A stretch of 61,115 nucleotides of DNA, counting the filler. It is 7 parts of 7 records of this genome, joined end to end, with 100 filler letters (N's around TTAATTAATTAA, not from the genome) between each part and the next. Parts side by side here need not be neighbours in the genome. Positions count along the whole stretch, not along the records: positions 56,317 to 61,115 come from SRR7504441_11329; 6 more parts are not named here. The stretch is one strand, 5' to 3'. The translations under genes were made by a program, and so were the position numbers. Shown here piece by piece: positions 56,809-61,115 of this stretch; position 1 is the first letter of the stretch, and the number at the start of each line of letters is the position of its first letter. Below the pieces are notes generated by a model, which saw only the letters and a list, made by a program, of their open reading frames with translations, did not search any database and had not been told where the DNA came from.

Positions 56809-58431
56809 ATGCTCTTTGCACTCCTGCAGCTGGTGTCGGCTGTCGCTGGGGCCGGGCACCACCGGGGCCCCTGGCCGCTCCGCCCCGAGTGCCCGGCCCA
56901 GATCCGGCCGAGCCCCGCCGGCCAGATGCTGGATTACCACCAGGTTGTCTACCAGTGGCTCAACCTCAGCAGCAGCCAGGCGTGCGCCGCCGGCTGCTGC
57001 AGCGACTGGAGCTGCTGGGGCTTTGTCCACTTCGCCCGCAACGGCTCGTGCGGGCTGTTGCGGGACCGCTCCCCCGGGCTGCTCCCCAGTCCTGGGCCAG
57101 GGGTCACCTCAGGGGTGCGTGGACTGCTCCCGGCCCGCATGCCCGCCGGTGCCGAGCCGAGCACAGCCATCTCGGGTGTGCAGTTTGGGAGCCAGTTGTA
57201 CGTTGGGGGCGCGGAGGTCTACGCCGGCTCTGACCCTGGCTGGACGCTCGGCGACGAGTTCCCCACCGCATGGGCCAACGATGGGTTTCAGTATGCCGGG
57301 GCCGGTGACAACTTCGGCGGGCGACACCAGCACGACAAAGGGATGAGCTCGCCGCTGACCATGTGGCGGATAGAGGGGCGCGACCCGCCCACTGCCAAGT
57401 TCAGCCGAGCAGGCGACGAGATCCCTATCAAGGCCGCTAACGTGCTCGAGGCCTGTCCCATCAAAGGGCCTAACCCTGGTACCGTCGGACTGGTGCCTAA
57501 CCTTAAGTCTAACTCGGTGCTCGCACTGGGCAGCACGCTGTACTGGGCGGTGGCCTGCTTCGATTATGTGGACCCGGACCTCTCGCAGCCGCCCACCGCC
57601 TCGCAGGCCGTGTACCCAGGGCTGGACCGGTACTTCAACCGGCAGCGGTATGGAGTCAACGATACCTCCTTCATTGCCACCTCCAGCGACGGAGGGGCCA
57701 GCTGGAATGCTTCAGCAACCCAGACCAACTTCTTCACGGGCCGTCTGGCCGCTCCGCGTTTCATCGTCGCCGGACAAGCGAACAAAGATTCACCAGATCC
57801 GGCGCACGTGTACGCTTTGTTTCCCGGGACGATGACGGACAGAGCGTTCTTTGAGAACAACGACGGCCTGTGGCTGGGCCGAGTGCCGACCGGCCGGCTG
57901 CTGGACCGATCAGCCTGGGGGTTCTTTGCCGGGATGGCAGCAGGTGAGCCGGTGTTCACACCGGATGAGACGATGGCGGTGCCCGTGTTTGAGCATCCGC
58001 TGATGACAGCGATTCAGCAGGTCAACTATCACCCCGGGCTCCATAAGTACTTGCTAGCCAACTGGGGGTGGGTAGACCCGGACGGCAACCCGCGAGGCCA
58101 GCTCACTTCAGCCGGCTCGCCCGGACCTGGCTCAGAGGGCCGGCCGTGGGGGCCGAACAGCACGGGGCTCAAGGACGTGCACGACCGGACCCAGCTCACT
58201 CTGTGGGAGGCTGACCAGCCATGGGGCCCCTGGCGGTACTACCACCGCGATGACGACTGGCAAGGCCCGGATGGCTCAAGTGGCGGGTACACGCCAGTGC
58301 TGCCGCCTGCCTGGCTGAATGGGACCCGGATGTGGATGTCGTTCACGCAGTGCTGCCCCGGGGCGGCGCGACCGGTCAACCATTATAATTATACTTACCA
58401 ATCTTTGGACTTGCAACTCACACGGAATTAG
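56809..58431 (+). CDS. Secreted protein: PAN/apple-like module + DUF4185-like beta-propeller
   Basis: Signal MLFALLQLVSAVAG, CAAGCCSDWSCWGF Cys pattern, GDEFPTAWANDG...GD, SSDGGASW Asp-box, EADQPWGPW, GYTP. Confidence 0.62.
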   Translation: MLFALLQLVSAVAGAGHHRGPWPLRPECPAQIRPSPAGQMLDYHQVVYQWLNLSSSQACAAGCCSDWSCWGFVHFARNGSCGLLRDRSPGLLPSPGPGVTSGVRGLLPARMPAGAEPSTAISGVQFGSQLYVGGAEVYAGSDPGWTLGDEFPTAWANDGFQYAGAGDNFGGRHQHDKGMSSPLTMWRIEGRDPPTAKFSRAGDEIPIKAANVLEACPIKGPNPGTVGLVPNLKSNSVLALGSTLYWAVACFDYVDPDLSQPPTASQAVYPGLDRYFNRQRYGVNDTSFIATSSDGGASWNASATQTNFFTGRLAAPRFIVAGQANKDSPDPAHVYALFPGTMTDRAFFENNDGLWLGRVPTGRLLDRSAWGFFAGMAAGEPVFTPDETMAVPVFEHPLMTAIQQVNYHPGLHKYLLANWGWVDPDGNPRGQLTSAGSPGPGSEGRPWGPNSTGLKDVHDRTQLTLWEADQPWGPWRYYHRDDDWQGPDGSSGGYTPVLPPAWLNGTRMWMSFTQCCPGAARPVNHYNYTYQSLDLQLTRN

Positions 58432-58568
58432 GTGCCTCTAGAGGTAGTTTAATATTCAAGTAATAGTCGTGTCTAGGTACTCGTGTACACTCGACTTTGA
58501 ATCTAACCGCATAACTAGTACATGGTATTAATTGTAGTACTTTATACCCGGGACTATAGAACAATCAA

Positions 58569-59077
58569 TCAAGCCGGCCGCAAGCTCTTGTCTGCGTTTG
58601 GCATATCGAACTCAAATCCCTCCCCAGGCTGCCCCCCCGCTGGCCCGGCCCGACCGCCGCCGCACCTTGAAGTCGATCGTGGTCCCCAGCAGCTGCATAA
58701 AGTGCCCTCCGTCTACATACACCACTACCCCTGCCCGGGCTGGCCTCCACCGCACACTGGCCGGCACCGTTGACTAGGTGCCGCTCGTCGTTGGGCCCTT
58801 GCTCCGTGGCGTACCCGAACCTGGGCACAAGTTGGAACTCGGTCTGCTCCACCGACAGCCGCATGCCCTCCAGCTCCGGCCGGCCGGCCAGCAGCTGCGA
58901 GATGGCTGCCGCCGCTTGGTCGGTGACCTGTATCGGCGGCTTGAGCTGGCGCGGCTTGGCTTTGGAGCTGCACTCCCGCCGGGCCAACTGCTCCAGCCGG
59001 GGACGCCGCGCGGCTGCCGGCACCACGGCCGGACGGGCGACCAACCGGCCGGCAGCCCAGCCCAGCACCCGCCGCAT
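58569..59077 (-). CDS. IscA/HesB-fold protein with mitochondrial-type presequence, lacking the Fe-S cysteines; 3 exons
   Basis: IQVTDQAAAAI...GMRLSV...NDE...GVVVYVD...LLGTTIDF...GFEFDMPN after removing 37-nt introns 58731-58767 and 58629-58665. Confidence 0.72.
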
Positions 59078-59127
59078 TTTTCAGCACCCCTGCAGCTGCA
59101 GCCGGGTCCCGAAGCGGGGGACCTGGA

Positions 59128-59713
59128 ATGTGGGCGCGGTACTGCCGGTTGCTGGATCGGCGGCCGTTTGCGGCTCGGGCCGCCACCACCGGAACGCTGT
59201 TCACCGGTGCGCGCCGCCGGCCGGCCGGCTGGAGCACGGTCAGGTGGCGACTTGGTGGCCCAGCGGCTAGAGGCGGCGCCCGAGCTGGACTATGCCCGGA
59301 CCGCGCGGATGGCCGCCTGGGGAGGGGCGCTGTTCGGCCCGGCGGTGCACCTGTGGTACCTGCAGCTGGCCCGGCTGTTCCCAGGGCCGGTGAGCTGGCG
59401 GACGGTGGCCGGGAAGGTGGCGACAGACCAGCTGACTTTCGGTCCGACGGCAAATGCGCTGCTGATGAGCTATACCGTGCTGCTGACTGGGGGTGGGCCG
59501 ACGGAGGTGCGGCGGAAGCTGAGTGCAGACTGGTGGCACGTAGTTCAGCGCCAGTGGTGCCTGTGGCCGGCCTGCAATGTCATCACGTTTGGGGTCATCC
59601 CGCCGGCGCTCCAACAGCCGTTTGTGAGCGTCGTGGCGTTCGGGTGGAGTATATACCTGTCGTATGTCAACGCTGCCGGTAAGGTCCACTCGAAACCAGC
59701 CACTGTTGCATGA
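59128..59713 (+). CDS. Mpv17/PMP22 family membrane protein, 2 exons
   Basis: YCRLLDRRP...GDLVAQ, DYARTARM, KVATDQLTFGP, WPACNVITF, WSIYLS. Intron 59207-59243. Confidence 0.9.
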
Positions 59714-60002
59714 CTACCGGTACTGCGTAGCTCTGAGCAATGCATTAATTAATAATCAATTGCGCAACGGAGTGACAAAATGCAGCGGCGCGAATTTAAA
59801 ACATTGATTAAATCAAAGACAATGGCGAGGTCGCCGGTGCGCGCGCCAAGCTACTATGCACTGCAGTCCTCCGAACACTCAGGCCCTTGATTCATGTGAT
59901 CAGCAGTGAGCAGTGACCATGGCCATGGCAGTGACGTTATTTAAAATACATTGCTTACGATGGATTTAATCGGTTGAATCATTCATTCACCGCTAGCTGG
60001 CA

Positions 60003-60839
60003 CTAGTCCGTAGCCCAGGGCGGCGTCACGCTAACCGGGCCTGGAGCGGGTCCTCTGAAACTCCCATGTGCCGAGAAGAGCAGCCGCGAGCCTGCCGCAC
60101 CCTCACACAAAGCACCGCGTATCATGCCGCACCTGCAATCAGCCTCGGGGTCCGGACCGGCACTCTCCTGGCCAGCTTGCCCTGCGGCTCCCCGATCTGC
60201 CGCCCGTGTCTCGCCGGCACTCGGCCTAGCCGCACCCTCGGCTGAGCTCCGGGGATGAACCCAGTGTACCCAGGCAGGTCCCTCTCTATCTTGGGCAGGC
60301 TCCCGCCCGCCTCGGCCAGCTGCCGGGGCACGTGCCCGGCAAACCTGCCAGCGCTCAGCGCGGCGCCGCTGCCAGGCCACCCGGGCTTCTCGAAGGTGTC
60401 TGTGTATCGCGGAATCGGAATCCGGCCGTCGGAGCACTCCGGAGCCGGCGCCGGCCTGCCAGCGGCTCGCCCGTTGGGTGCCGTTGCCTAGCACCCTGAG
60501 GCCACCGCGCCCACTTTACGGTACTCGGTCTGGGCGGCCTGTTCCTCTCGCTTGATCTTCGCCGCCTGCGCCGGCTCGGCCTCGCCGCCCGGCCGTGGGC
60601 ACCAGGGTGTCCCCCAGGAAAGCCGGCCCGTTGTTGTAGTACTTGTCCCGCGAGTTGCGCACCACGTTCCGCCGGATCTCGCTGCTGGCTGACTTGCCGA
60701 ACGTCCGGCCGCAGTCGTACTCGCGCAGCGGGATGTAGCCTGCACACCGGTCGGCCGAGCCTCAGCCCGGGGCGCCTTGGTAGCCCGGGATGTTGGTTTG
60801 GGGGAAGTATCGGTACGGCTTGGCCTCGGTGTCTGCCAT
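60003..60839 (-). CDS. FAM166/CIMIP2-like ciliary microtubule inner protein; multi-exon, 3' end uncertain
   Basis: Three spliced repeats PGYQGYIP, PGFAGHVP, PGYTGFIP, plus GRTFG. Confidence 0.65.
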
Positions 60840-60942
60840 CGAGGCACCCTACCAGTAGCACCACGGCGGGAAAGTCGTCCGGAAATAGCAAACTGAAAGC
60901 CCACAAGCACTCTCGTCCGTGAACACCTGCGGACACGTCGTG

Positions 60943-61115
60943 ATGCCGCCGCTGAACCCCACCGAATGGGCCGACCTCCAGTCCGAGCAGCAGCTTGCGC
61001 AGCAGCAGCAGCTGACCGCCGAAACGGCCGACGCCACCGAGGCCGACGCCGCGTTCGAGACCATCCAGGCCGCCCTGGCCGCCAGCCAAAGCTTGGCAGC
61101 TGGGCCGGCGATGGC
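60943..61115 (+). CDS. 5' end of an unknown gene (partial)
   Basis: ATG MPPLNPTEWADLQ... open to the window end, divergent from the previous gene. Confidence 0.45.
   Translation, partial: MPPLNPTEWADLQSEQQLAQQQQLTAETADATEADAAFETIQAALAASQSLAAGPAM

Noticed and set aside
2930-60775. 37-nt introns as an introner (mobile intron) family
   Set aside because: Lengths are similar but no shared internal sequence or terminal repeats were visible
373-61089. Hundreds of overlapping and antisense ORFs as overlapping genes
   Set aside because: Expected shadows in high-GC coding DNA; R/P/A/G-rich or antisense to recognisable genes

Overview
Gene-dense, GC-rich eukaryotic nuclear DNA, probably from a flagellated protist (it carries ciliary/centriolar-type genes); the lineage cannot be assigned from sequence alone. 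The window is seven contigs joined by six artificial 100-nt N/TTAATTAATTAA/N spacers, so no linkage can be inferred across them. About 35 protein-coding genes or fragments are supported. Most are split by very short (mostly 36-48 nt, often exactly 37 nt) spliceosomal introns, so the raw ORF track fragments them. Confident calls: SMG1 kinase, glutamine-dependent NAD+ synthetase, fumarylacetoacetase, a MEF2-type MADS factor, a GH32 hydrolase, a DadA-like oxidoreductase, a D-cysteine desulfhydrase/ACC-deaminase-family enzyme, a copper monooxygenase, a sulfotransferase, an SLC4 transporter, a polycystin-like channel and Mpv17. Most notable observations: (1) a head-to-head pair of putative D-amino-acid enzymes with ATGs 56 bp apart; (2) a window-wide layout of divergent gene pairs with mostly 49-108 bp between start codons; (3) tiny introns with degenerate donors, G-rich acceptors and several GC-AG cases; (4) unusual fusions or pseudo-enzymes (F-box-NHL-WWE, LRR-2OG oxygenase, ubiquitin plus Cys-less E2, Cys-less IscA). 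All family calls come from motif recognition by eye, not database searches, and exon boundaries are manual inferences. No rRNA, tRNA or CRISPR array was recognised.
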